A stretch of 64,000 bases of DNA, taken from positions 1 through 64,000 of the forward strand of contig JAYZAL010000101.1 in the NCBI GenBank assembly GCA_036339735.1, read 5' to 3'. Position 1 is the first letter of the stretch, and each line of letters starts with the position of its first letter. Source of the DNA: Candidatus Poribacteria bacterium (GTDB taxonomy: Bacteria; Poribacteria; WGA-4E; UBA9662). Below, piece by piece: positions 50,450-59,762 of the stretch. Under the pieces are notes generated by a model that saw only the letters and a list, made by a program, of their open reading frames with translations, was not told where the DNA came from and did no database searches. The translations under genes were made by a program, and so were the position numbers.

Positions 50450-50494
50450 GCAAAAAAATGCACCGATGGTTTCCCATCGGTGCATTTTTTTTGC
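50450..50494. terminator. Strong (bidirectional-type) intrinsic terminator
   Basis: GCAAAAAAATGCACCGATGG-tttc-CCATCGGTGCATTTTTTTTGC. Confidence 0.9.
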
Positions 50495-50587
50495 CTGCAT
50501 AATATCCCTATTATGCAGTTTTAACTTGGGTTTTCATTGCTTCCTCTCTTACTATGTACTGGAATTGTTCATCCGTTACCCTTCCGC

Positions 50588-50617
50588 TTGACACCTAATT
50601 TTTTGCTATGCTAGACT
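50588..50617 (+). promoter_or_regulatory. Sigma70-type promoter of coaX
   Basis: TTGACA-18 bp-TAGACT with TGn extension. Confidence 0.5.
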
Positions 50618-50633
50618 AAAATCTCAATCCGGT

Positions 50634-51449
50634 TTGTCAACATCACAAATGATCTTAGCCATTGACGTTGGTAATACAACTATCGAAATTGGGGTAATCA
50701 AAGACCATAAAATTTGTATCAGTTGGCGTCTACAAACTGATCAAGGTCGATTGGCTGATGAATATGGGGTGCAAATTTGTCAGTTGTTACGTAACCAAAG
50801 CATTTCCGTATCTGACTTTGAAGGTGCAATTATTAGCTCTGTCGTGCCTTCTGTGGGGCGTGAATTGTCAAAAATGTGTCAGCGTTTTTTTTATCATTGC
50901 CCACTTGAGGTTTCAGAGAGGTTGGATCTTGGTATCCGTTTGTTGGTAGAACAACCAGAAGAAATTGGCGCCGATCGATTAGCAACTGCGGTAGGTGCTT
51001 ATCATACATACAAAAAGCCACTGATTGTAGTTGACTTTGGAACAGCCACAACATACGACGCAATATCGCCAAATGGAGATTATTTGGGGGGGGCTATTAC
51101 CCCTGGTATTGGTATAACCATGAATTCATTATTTGATCATGCCGCGTTGCTCAGGCGAGTAGATCTAACTGTACCAAAATCTATCATTGGCACTAATACT
51201 AGCGAATGTATCAAATCTGGATTCTATTTTGGTTTTCGGTACCAGATGCAAGGTATCATTGATCAAATGAAATCAGAATTGATTCAAAAGTGTCGTATTG
51301 GCAATAAATTAGAGGTTCAGGTAGTAGCAACAGGAGGATTTGTTGATCTTATCGCTGAAGGTTCCAAAAGTGTTGATCATATTAATCCCAATTTACTCTT
51401 GGAAGGACTCAGTATAATTTATCATCGGCACCAAGCTGTTATTAGTTAA
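50634..51449 (+). CDS. coaX: Type III pantothenate kinase
   Basis: LAIDVGNT, ISSVVP, IGADR, VVDFGTATT, GGAITPG, VATGG. Confidence 0.95.
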   Translation: MSTSQMILAIDVGNTTIEIGVIKDHKICISWRLQTDQGRLADEYGVQICQLLRNQSISVSDFEGAIISSVVPSVGRELSKMCQRFFYHCPLEVSERLDLGIRLLVEQPEEIGADRLATAVGAYHTYKKPLIVVDFGTATTYDAISPNGDYLGGAITPGIGITMNSLFDHAALLRRVDLTVPKSIIGTNTSECIKSGFYFGFRYQMQGIIDQMKSELIQKCRIGNKLEVQVVATGGFVDLIAEGSKSVDHINPNLLLEGLSIIYHRHQAVIS

Positions 51450-51736
51450 GCGATAGTGAAACTTTCCTTTTTCAATATTCATTCAAAGAATATTACTGGT
51501 CTTTATTTATTCAGCGGCCGCGACCATTATTAACGGTTATATTGACAAATGCACCATCGTAGAAAACGAAAAAAGATCAATAAAACGGAAAGGAATCAAC
51601 CTTTGAGGGTTAAAGTTAATTAATTAAAATCAAAAATATTGTAACAGTTTGATACTAAGTATTTATTTTTAGAGACTTAAAAAGTGATATGGTCATCAAG
51701 ACAACAGACATTTTTCGGGCAGGAAAATATAAATAG

Positions 51737-52381
51737 ATGAAAACTTGTGCGATTTTCGACCTGGACGGAACCATAATTGATAGATCCTCTGAACTATGGT
51801 TTTTTTTCTACCTACTAAAAAGAGGGAAATTACCGATTGGTAGCGTAGCAAGCTGGGGGCTCGATTGGATTAGTTTGCTCGACATTCAAAAAGGGAAAGC
51901 TAATAAAACTTACCTACGCGGTGCATCTGCTAACAACTTATCAAACGACGCTGGTAAATTTTTCAGTCAACACTTAGTAAATAGAATCTCACCTCGCGCT
52001 GATGAGTTAATCAAACAACATAAATCTGAAGGCCGACTTGTTGTTATTTTATCGGGCTCGCTTACAATGCTCGTGCGCCAGTTTGCTCAGCACTTTGAGC
52101 TCGACACTTTGTTTGGAAATGATCTAGAGGTAGTTAATGGTTTACTTACAGGCGCGCTAGCAGGTGTTCACCCTTACGGACGAGAAAAAGCAAATCTTGT
52201 TGAAACTTTATCGATCCAGCACCAGTTAGATTTATCCAATTCATATGCCTACGGTAACCATCACACCGATGCATACAAACTAAGTTTATTCGGACATCCG
52301 ACCGCTGTAAACCCCACACAAAAACTACGACAGATTGCTCAACAAAGAGGCTGGACAATCGAGATGTTTCATGGGAATTAG
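51737..52381 (+). CDS. HAD-IB family hydrolase (PSPase-like)
   Basis: AIFDLDGT, ILSGS, EKA, SYAYGN...AVNP. Confidence 0.88.
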   Translation: MKTCAIFDLDGTIIDRSSELWFFFYLLKRGKLPIGSVASWGLDWISLLDIQKGKANKTYLRGASANNLSNDAGKFFSQHLVNRISPRADELIKQHKSEGRLVVILSGSLTMLVRQFAQHFELDTLFGNDLEVVNGLLTGALAGVHPYGREKANLVETLSIQHQLDLSNSYAYGNHHTDAYKLSLFGHPTAVNPTQKLRQIAQQRGWTIEMFHGN

Positions 52382-53093
52382 ATTAGAAAAATTTTTGGCT
52401 CATTATGGGGTAGCCTCCCGTCGCTTAGCAAAACAGCTTGTTATAGAAGGTCGAGTAAATATCAATGGAAAGCCTGTTTTTATTCCCGGTCGCCATATCA
52501 ACCCAAATAGAGATAATGTTACATTCGATGGGCAACCTATCATAAACCAACCTGAATACTTATATTTAATGCTGCATAAACCAGCAGGTTATCTCACAAC
52601 AGTAACTGACAATAATGGGCGGAAAACAGTTATGGACTTGGTAAGGGCTGTTCACGAACGTATTTATCCAGTGGGCCGATTGGACAAAGAGACTGAGGGC
52701 TTATTACTGTTTACGAATGACGGTAACTTTTCACATCGTATCCTACATCCCAGTTATAAACTAAACAAGACCTATCATGCTTGGGTCGAAGGTCAACTCA
52801 GTCGAGAAAACATCCAAAAGCTAAGAGCTGGTATTTGGCTTAAAACTGGGCTAACTGCTGCTGCAATCGTAGAAGAAATAAGAAAACGTGGCAAATTGAC
52901 TCAGTACCGAATCGTAATTCAAGAGGGTAAGAAACGCCAAATTCGGAAAATGTTTGAAGCTGTGGGAGCTAGAGTCGATTATTTAAAACGAACTCGGATT
53001 GGATGTTTAAGCTTAGGAAAATTACCAAAAGGCCGATTTCGGCACCTTCAAATAGGTGAAATTCAAAACCTAACGAATGAGAACATGAAATGA
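52371..53093 (+). CDS. rRNA pseudouridine synthase (RsuA/RluB family) with S4 domain
   Basis: RLEKFLA..GVASRR, HKPAGY, PVGRLDKETEGLLLFTNDG, EGKKRQIRKM; start ATG 52371. Confidence 0.95.
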   Translation: MGIRLEKFLAHYGVASRRLAKQLVIEGRVNINGKPVFIPGRHINPNRDNVTFDGQPIINQPEYLYLMLHKPAGYLTTVTDNNGRKTVMDLVRAVHERIYPVGRLDKETEGLLLFTNDGNFSHRILHPSYKLNKTYHAWVEGQLSRENIQKLRAGIWLKTGLTAAAIVEEIRKRGKLTQYRIVIQEGKKRQIRKMFEAVGARVDYLKRTRIGCLSLGKLPKGRFRHLQIGEIQNLTNENMK

Positions 53094-53806
53094 GCTCTAA
53101 TCGTCAAGATTTCCGAAAAAGAGAATCTCCGGAGATGTTTGATCGAATAGCACCAACTTACGACTTAGTCAATCGTTTGCTTTCTTTTGGGTTGGATATT
53201 GCTTGGCGGCAAAAAGTCGGTTATCTACTTCCAAAAGCTGATAACTTAAAGTTGCTTGACTTGGCAACGGGTACTGCCGATTTAATCATCGGGCTTTGTG
53301 AAACTTGTCCCCAAATTTCTTCAGCATTAGGCATTGACTTGTCTAAAAACATGCTTGAGGTCGGACAAAAAAAGGTCGATAACCGAGGATGGGAATCAAA
53401 AATCCGACTTGAAGTAGGTGATGCCATGTGCTTAGAATGTGATGATAACTTGTTTGAAGCGGTTACTATGTCGTTTGGTATTCGTAATGTCCCAGATGTT
53501 GCAAAAACCTTGAAAGAAGTCTATAGAGTTCTGAAACCTTCCGGTAAAGCCCTAATACTAGAGTTTTCTATACCTTCGAATATCTTTATTCGTTGGGGGC
53601 ATTTGTTCTATCTAAGACATGTTTTGCCACTAGTCGGAGCGTTATTTTCTGGTGATTATCAAGCTTATCGTTATCTCAACACGACCATCGAACACTTCCC
53701 CTATGGAGACGACTTCACCAAATTGATGACTGAGGCAGGTTTTTCATTTGTCAATATACACTCACTGACTTTTGGTGTTGCTACTTTGTACGAAGGAGTA
53801 CGTTAA
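53090..53806 (+). CDS. ubiE: Demethylmenaquinone methyltransferase (UbiE/MenG)
   Basis: MFDRIAPTYDLVNRLLSFG, LDLATGTAD, FGIRNV, RVLKPSG..ILEFS, AYRYL. Confidence 0.93.
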   Translation: MSSNRQDFRKRESPEMFDRIAPTYDLVNRLLSFGLDIAWRQKVGYLLPKADNLKLLDLATGTADLIIGLCETCPQISSALGIDLSKNMLEVGQKKVDNRGWESKIRLEVGDAMCLECDDNLFEAVTMSFGIRNVPDVAKTLKEVYRVLKPSGKALILEFSIPSNIFIRWGHLFYLRHVLPLVGALFSGDYQAYRYLNTTIEHFPYGDDFTKLMTEAGFSFVNIHSLTFGVATLYEGVR

Positions 53807-53819
53807 TCGGTTATAGAGA

Positions 53820-54404
53820 ATGAAGAACAAGTTGCGTCAATCTATTTTTGCTTCATTTGCTTCAGTAGCATCGATATTTTTTATTAGCTGTGATACAACT
53901 TTCAATAACTCAGTTCCCAAGCCCATCCAGATAGAACAGAAATGGGGTTATATTAGCTCCAAAGGCCAGTTGGTCGTTCCACTTCAATATGATGAAGCTT
54001 GTCCTTTTTCAGAAGGTCTTGCCAAAGTGACAGTTGGTGACAAATCAGGTTATATTAATCAATCAGGAGAATTAGTAGTACCACTTCAATATGATGAAGC
54101 CTTGAGCTTTCTACAAGGATGTGCCCCTGTACGGCTAGACCAGAAATGGGGTTATATCAATCAAGAAGGGAAACGTATCATTGATTTCCAATTCCATGAA
54201 GCGTGGGGATTTTCCGAGAATTTAGCCTGTGTTAGAGTGGAAGATAAATACGGATACATTAACCGAAAGGGTGAATTTATCATCCCACTACAATTTGACA
54301 CAGCTCGAGATTTTACTGATGGCTACGCTGTTGCTGAACGGAATGGCCAATTATGGGTTATTAATACTATGGGCCAAGTTTTAGAATTACATCAAAAAAA
54401 ATAA
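53820..54404 (+). CDS. WG-repeat lipoprotein
   Basis: Lipobox FIS|C; four KWGYI..G..V.P..YD.A..F.EG repeats, partly identical at DNA level. Confidence 0.88.
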   Translation: MKNKLRQSIFASFASVASIFFISCDTTFNNSVPKPIQIEQKWGYISSKGQLVVPLQYDEACPFSEGLAKVTVGDKSGYINQSGELVVPLQYDEALSFLQGCAPVRLDQKWGYINQEGKRIIDFQFHEAWGFSENLACVRVEDKYGYINRKGEFIIPLQFDTARDFTDGYAVAERNGQLWVINTMGQVLELHQKK

Positions 54405-54440
54405 ACTAAAAAAACACCAATTTTTCCCAAGGAGTAAAAA

Positions 54441-55133
54441 TTGCTAATTGATATTCGTAGTTTGTGCAAAGTTTATCGGATGGGAGATGTTGAAGTTCAT
54501 GCTTTGCGCGGTGTGTCCTTCACCGCAGAAAAGGGCGAACTGATTGCCATCATGGGACCATCTGGGTCTGGGAAATCAACCTTGATGGATATTTTGGGGT
54601 GTCTTTCAAAACCATCTGATGGGGAATACTATCTGGAAGGAGAGGAAGTAGGGAAACTTTCTGACAACCGTTTAGCCGAAATTCGAAACAGGAAGATAGG
54701 TTTCGTATTTCAATCTTTCAATCTTTTACCTCGTACAACAGCTCTACACAATGTAGAATTACCACTAATTTACGGTGGTATCCGGCGTAAAGAACGGAGA
54801 ATTCGATCGCAGGAAGCATTAGATGCGGTCGGTTTGGGTGATCGTGTCCATCATAAATCCAATGAGCTATCTGGTGGCCAAATCCAACGTATCGCTATTG
54901 CCCGTGCATTAGTGAATCACCCTTCGATGATTTTTGCTGATGAACCAACGGGTAACCTAGATACTACTACCAGCAAAGATATTATGGCAATTTTCCAGCG
55001 ACTCAATGATGAAGGTAACACAATTATCATGGTGACACATGAGCCAGAAATTGCTGAATATGCTCAACGGGTAATTCATATTCGAGATGGCTTAATCGAA
55101 AGAGATGAGTGGAATAGGCCCAAAGCCGTATAG
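54441..55133 (+). CDS. ABC transporter ATP-binding protein (MacB/LolD-like)
   Basis: [37 protein letters not shown]. Confidence 0.93.
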   Translation: MLIDIRSLCKVYRMGDVEVHALRGVSFTAEKGELIAIMGPSGSGKSTLMDILGCLSKPSDGEYYLEGEEVGKLSDNRLAEIRNRKIGFVFQSFNLLPRTTALHNVELPLIYGGIRRKERRIRSQEALDAVGLGDRVHHKSNELSGGQIQRIAIARALVNHPSMIFADEPTGNLDTTTSKDIMAIFQRLNDEGNTIIMVTHEPEIAEYAQRVIHIRDGLIERDEWNRPKAV

Positions 55134-55177
55134 TATTAGACCGATTTTATCAATTCAGATCAGATGAGGAACTTTGT

Positions 55178-56143
55178 GTGAAAACTGTAGTTGTTAGGAC
55201 ACCTTCACGCTTACATCTATCGTTAATTGATTTAAACGGTAGTCGGAATCGGATTGACGGGAGTATTGGACTGGCAATTCGGAAGCCATACTTTGAATTT
55301 TTGGTGCAACCTTCAGAAAAAATTGAAATTGAATCGTTAAACTACCTAGATCGATCAAGATCCGTGGTTCAAAAACTAATAGATAAATATGAAATTCCGG
55401 GGTTGAGAGTTGAAATCACAGAAGAAATACCCCAACACTCTGGGTTTGGCTCAGGAACTCAACTCGCGCTTGGTATCGCAGCCGCCGCCGACCAAATTTA
55501 TCAATTAGGTCAATCAGTTCGCGATTTAGCAGAAGCTGTTGGACGAGGTGGCACATCCGGAATTGGCGTGATAGCATTTGAAAAAGGTGGGTTTATACTC
55601 GATGGTGGTCATAAGTATCCACAGCAGAAAGATTCGCTACTACCATCAGCCGCAGTTGATGGTGTTACCCCTCCTCCGTTATTGCTACAAACAGAATTTC
55701 CGGACTGGAAGTTTCTGATCGTATTGCCTAATTGTAAACATATTTCCGGCGATTTAGAAGTCAATCTTTTCCAAACATTATGCCCACAGCCAAAATTTGT
55801 TGCCGAGCGTCTCTCACACCTTATTCTCATGCAACTACTACCGGCAGTTATTGAATCTGATCAGATCACTTTCAGTCGGGCACTCAATGAAATTCAGCAA
55901 TTCGGCTGGAAACAAGTCGAAATTGAGGCACAGGGGGGCGATTTGAAAGAAACTCTTGACTTTCTTTGGCAGAACGGAGCTATTGGTGCTGGTGTCAGTA
56001 GCTGGGGGCCTGCAATTATAGCGTTTAGTGATGATATCAATGATCTTCATCAACGCACACAGGATTTCCTCAATAGTACTCCTTTTGGTGGAACGTGCTT
56101 CATAACTAGTGCTAATAACAGCGGAGCTGTGATTGAATGGTAG
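55178..56143 (+). CDS. Beta-ribofuranosylaminobenzene 5'-phosphate synthase family (GHMP fold)
   Basis: TPSRLHLSLIDLNG, PQHSGFGSGTQLAL, GRGGTSGIG..AFEKGGFILDGGH, GVSSWGPA. Confidence 0.88.
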   Translation: MKTVVVRTPSRLHLSLIDLNGSRNRIDGSIGLAIRKPYFEFLVQPSEKIEIESLNYLDRSRSVVQKLIDKYEIPGLRVEITEEIPQHSGFGSGTQLALGIAAAADQIYQLGQSVRDLAEAVGRGGTSGIGVIAFEKGGFILDGGHKYPQQKDSLLPSAAVDGVTPPPLLLQTEFPDWKFLIVLPNCKHISGDLEVNLFQTLCPQPKFVAERLSHLILMQLLPAVIESDQITFSRALNEIQQFGWKQVEIEAQGGDLKETLDFLWQNGAIGAGVSSWGPAIIAFSDDINDLHQRTQDFLNSTPFGGTCFITSANNSGAVIEW

Positions 56144-57030
56144 GGAATGTGTATTGGAAGTTGTTGCAGGTATTCAAACGACAATATCAGATTCTGAATT
56201 TAGCATCAAAACTGTTTCCAGTTGCCTTCACTGTTCTAATTAATGGTTGTGATTTTGATGAATTAGAAACTGCTCAAACATCAATGGAGCTGATTCTACC
56301 GACGGAGGCAGAAGGACGTAACGATATTAAGCGAATCCGTATATTTGTTGAGGGGGAGCAACGAGATGTGCCAGTTCAGGAACTCAAACTCATTTCTGAT
56401 TCCGGGGGAGAAGAATTTCAGGATATAGATATTTTTATCCCTTTGGATGCCAAATATATTCGTGTTGAAGCGCTAGGGGATTTAGGTGGTTTGTTGTTCG
56501 TCGGTGAATCGACGGTTGAGATAGAAAACGAAGGAATTTCCAGAATTCGTATAGAGCTTGACCCAACAACACCAGTTCTAAAGTTTAATAACGTACCTGA
56601 ATTTGTCGACGTAGGTCAAGACTTTCAAATTGAGATAGAACTAAAACATGCTAAATCCTTATTCGCATTGACTTTTGAGATTTCTTATCCCAACGTTTTT
56701 ATCGAACCCTATGAGATTGATTTGGGTGATTTTTGGGAAAATACTGAAAATGAAAATTCTGTTTTGCTAGTATCAGACTATAACCTAACGTCAAAAACTC
56801 CTGGTCGACTAAGTCTTGGTTTAACCAGAACAACGCCATCGAATGATAAAATAGAATCAGGAAAAGTTGCGATTATCTCGTTCCATACAAAACAAACTGG
56901 GATTGCAAAAATTCGAGTATTAAACAACCCAAGATTGGCTGTCCAGAAGTCAAATGGCAAATCGATTGAAAATTTTGATGATTTAACCAGCTACTTATAC
57001 AAAGCTCAAGCTGAACTAGAAATTCGATGA
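56137..57030 (+). CDS. Lipoprotein with C-terminal cohesin-like domain
   Basis: Lipobox LING|C; VDVGQDFQIEI..LFALTFEISY..GRLSLGLTR..SGKVAIISF pattern. Confidence 0.65.
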   Translation: MVGNVYWKLLQVFKRQYQILNLASKLFPVAFTVLINGCDFDELETAQTSMELILPTEAEGRNDIKRIRIFVEGEQRDVPVQELKLISDSGGEEFQDIDIFIPLDAKYIRVEALGDLGGLLFVGESTVEIENEGISRIRIELDPTTPVLKFNNVPEFVDVGQDFQIEIELKHAKSLFALTFEISYPNVFIEPYEIDLGDFWENTENENSVLLVSDYNLTSKTPGRLSLGLTRTTPSNDKIESGKVAIISFHTKQTGIAKIRVLNNPRLAVQKSNGKSIENFDDLTSYLYKAQAELEIR

Positions 57031-58427
57031 CAAAACACAAAAAACGCAATTATTGGGTGCTGGTTTTTTCTGTATGTTTGATTACAATGTGGAGTGTAGG
57101 TTGTACTTTTAACCCTTTGAATCAAAAATTTCCTTGGTGGATTTCCCCAACCCATTATGCTAGAGAAGCCATGGATATGGGGGATGCCGACTTGGCGATT
57201 CGAACCTTAACACCTTATGTTAATTTAGAGTCTAACAGTGAATACAGGTTGGCTAGTAAAACTTTAGGGCTCGCATATTACCAAAATTTGGATTATGCTT
57301 CAGCGATTCTCCATTTCCAGAAAGCAGAAACTATAACAATATCAGACCTTAGATCCGCGATTCCCTACGTAATCGCATCTGTAAAAATTGGAAACTATAG
57401 AAAAGCTATTTCGGTTCTACGACAAATTTTCCAGCAACACCAATCAATATCAAATCCAAAACAACAGAATAATCAATCTAGATCAGTATTATTTAAAAAA
57501 CTCAGGCAGAGCTATGCCTCGATTATTCGTAGCTACTATCAACAACAAGTCGTGAGACTCGAAAATCACAAGATTGATAAACCAATACCCGCGAGCATTA
57601 ATTGGCAAAATACGGTTGCTATACTACCTATTATCGAATTGGAACTTAAGCCCCCCCGATTTCCAATCAAGGTCTTCCAGTATTTATTAGCAGAATTACT
57701 AGGTAATGAGTCAGTAGAGGTAGTTCCTATTCCCGTTCTGGAGCAAATTTTGGAAGTAGAAAATTCAGCTAAAAAATGGAGCTTTGACATTCAGACTAGC
57801 GTCAAATTGGCAAGACAATTTGGTTTTTCCACAGTCATTGTTACTGAAGTTCGGAGTCCTCTTGCCTCCCAGCCTTCAGCTAATGAAGAATTCTTACTAT
57901 CTTTCACAGTTCTGAACCTAGAGAAAGGTCAAGTGTACGAATCACCGATTTTAATTGGAAGTGGTTCGGAGATAGGAGAGAAGTTAGTAAAAATCAGGAC
58001 AGAAATCTTACGAGTAGTTAGAATTCACGAACGGACTCAACCAGTCTCTGATGTTTTGTCAATTAACTTTGAAAAGCCATTTTATACGGCCTGGGCTAAC
58101 TATTATCTGGATTTCAAAATGAATCCAATGCAGCAGAATCCACCAATTTCGTTGTCTCTTATCCAACAAAGAGTTACAGAAGTTCCTTATCCAATGGCTT
58201 TGTTACCACTCAGTGTTGCACAGGAAGTTTCTTTTGTTGAGGAAATAAAAATTGAGGAGTTGCAAAATTTTCTAGATTACTATGATAATAAACAAGTAGT
58301 TACGAATTTGTTAGAATTTCAGATGCGTACCATTATCAATCAGCGTCTGGTTACGCCTTATGTACGGGGGAATGGACACCAGCGCTTTCCAGGCACTGAT
58401 GTTCCCATATCCCTAACGGTACGATAG
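57027..58427 (+). CDS. TPR-containing lipoprotein with CsgG/TolB-N-like alpha/beta region
   Basis: Lipobox SVG|C; LGLAYYQ..YASAILHFQKA TPR; TVAILP...LEQILE...KLARQFG. Confidence 0.6.
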   Translation: MTKHKKRNYWVLVFSVCLITMWSVGCTFNPLNQKFPWWISPTHYAREAMDMGDADLAIRTLTPYVNLESNSEYRLASKTLGLAYYQNLDYASAILHFQKAETITISDLRSAIPYVIASVKIGNYRKAISVLRQIFQQHQSISNPKQQNNQSRSVLFKKLRQSYASIIRSYYQQQVVRLENHKIDKPIPASINWQNTVAILPIIELELKPPRFPIKVFQYLLAELLGNESVEVVPIPVLEQILEVENSAKKWSFDIQTSVKLARQFGFSTVIVTEVRSPLASQPSANEEFLLSFTVLNLEKGQVYESPILIGSGSEIGEKLVKIRTEILRVVRIHERTQPVSDVLSINFEKPFYTAWANYYLDFKMNPMQQNPPISLSLIQQRVTEVPYPMALLPLSVAQEVSFVEEIKIEELQNFLDYYDNKQVVTNLLEFQMRTIINQRLVTPYVRGNGHQRFPGTDVPISLTVR

Positions 58428-58438
58428 TGGACATATAG

Positions 58439-59761
58439 ATGAGGTTCCCTAGGGCTGGGAAGGATCACTTCTATCCCGTAACATGTGGAGATGTGAATAG
58501 TCATATATCGTTGAGCTATCTATGCTTTTTATTACTGTTTTTTTTTCAGCCGAAGCTGGCAGTCTTGGAGCAAATGGGCATAACTCAATTTGAGCGACTA
58601 AAGACTGAGTTTAGTTATAAACAATGGCATCTAAAAAAAAGAAATCAAATTTCAACAGACCAGTTACGCCAAATATCTTGGCCTTGGGTATGGCGCTCTC
58701 GCTTTCAATTAGGTAATTCTGAACTAAAGATGACTATGGTCACAAGATTTGCAACCATGCAAAGACAAAAAGAAGAGTATGAAAAAAAGATTGTCGCCAC
58801 AGACCCAAGAGAACTATTGTTAAAGAAACAAAGCTTATTTGGTATGACCGACACTCAAATAGTTTTCGATTATCACTTGCAACGAAGAGCTCGCTTTTTA
58901 ACCGATTGGTTTATTGGATTGGGCTTTTCATTACCAACGGGTAAAAATCAGTTACGGCCAATTGATGTGGAGTTAGCTAACCAATTTTATTCAGAAGTAC
59001 TCGATTTCCAGATTAGTCGATTAGGTGAAGGTTTTAACAGGGGTATTTCTCTATTCACTACTCACCGTTTTTCAACATTGTGTGTGGCTGTGGGTGGTAA
59101 TTATTTGGTAAAAGGTAAGTACTCAGTTTTACCAAACCAAGTTTATAAACCAGGTAATGAAAGTCATTTACAGGCGGTGACCTTGTGGAAAGGTCAGATT
59201 TTTTCTTGGCGCAACGATCTGGGTTTTCGGCATTACTCACATGATAGCTTTGGTGAACAAACATGGTTTCGGCAAGGGGGAGAATTTTTGGCCGACACAA
59301 GCGTAACACTTAATTTTCTCAGGGGTCAACTCTTCATAGGACAACACTTAATCAACCGACTCAGAAACAGTCAAATAGATGGGGGCAGGTTTGGCTTGCA
59401 AATTCGGAATACCAACAGTAATTTTCGTCAATCAAGACTGGGTGGCAGGTATCATATATCACCGTTGATGCAGATTGAGCTACGCTACGAAAGGTTGTTC
59501 ATGTTACCGAACGAAAACAAAATCGGACGAGCAAGCGTACGACACACGTCTTTTTCAGTTGCAGCCCAGTTTCGAGATTATCTTTGGGCTAATGCTGGGT
59601 GTAGTATAGGGCAAGGTGAGATGCAAGCACTGAAATTCAATCCAAACGTAACAATTATCCCACCAGCTACTAATAGTGCCCCAGAAGGCCAGATCCGCCT
59701 AAATGGCTTGAGTTTTTGGCTAGGAATACGCCAAAATTTTGATCTGCGTGAAATAAATTAA
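58439..59761 (+). CDS. Hypothetical outer-membrane beta-barrel protein
   Basis: GMTDTQI..GLGFSLPTGK (MetA-pathway-barrel-like), YKPGNE, terminal GLSFWLGIRQNF strand. Confidence 0.55.
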   Translation: MRFPRAGKDHFYPVTCGDVNSHISLSYLCFLLLFFFQPKLAVLEQMGITQFERLKTEFSYKQWHLKKRNQISTDQLRQISWPWVWRSRFQLGNSELKMTMVTRFATMQRQKEEYEKKIVATDPRELLLKKQSLFGMTDTQIVFDYHLQRRARFLTDWFIGLGFSLPTGKNQLRPIDVELANQFYSEVLDFQISRLGEGFNRGISLFTTHRFSTLCVAVGGNYLVKGKYSVLPNQVYKPGNESHLQAVTLWKGQIFSWRNDLGFRHYSHDSFGEQTWFRQGGEFLADTSVTLNFLRGQLFIGQHLINRLRNSQIDGGRFGLQIRNTNSNFRQSRLGGRYHISPLMQIELRYERLFMLPNENKIGRASVRHTSFSVAAQFRDYLWANAGCSIGQGEMQALKFNPNVTIIPPATNSAPEGQIRLNGLSFWLGIRQNFDLREIN

Positions 59762-59762
59762 T

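Noticed and set aside
53937-54160. DNA direct repeats (CCACTTCAATATGATGAAGC; CAGAAATGGGGTTATAT) as a CRISPR-like array
   Set aside because: They are in-frame WG protein repeats
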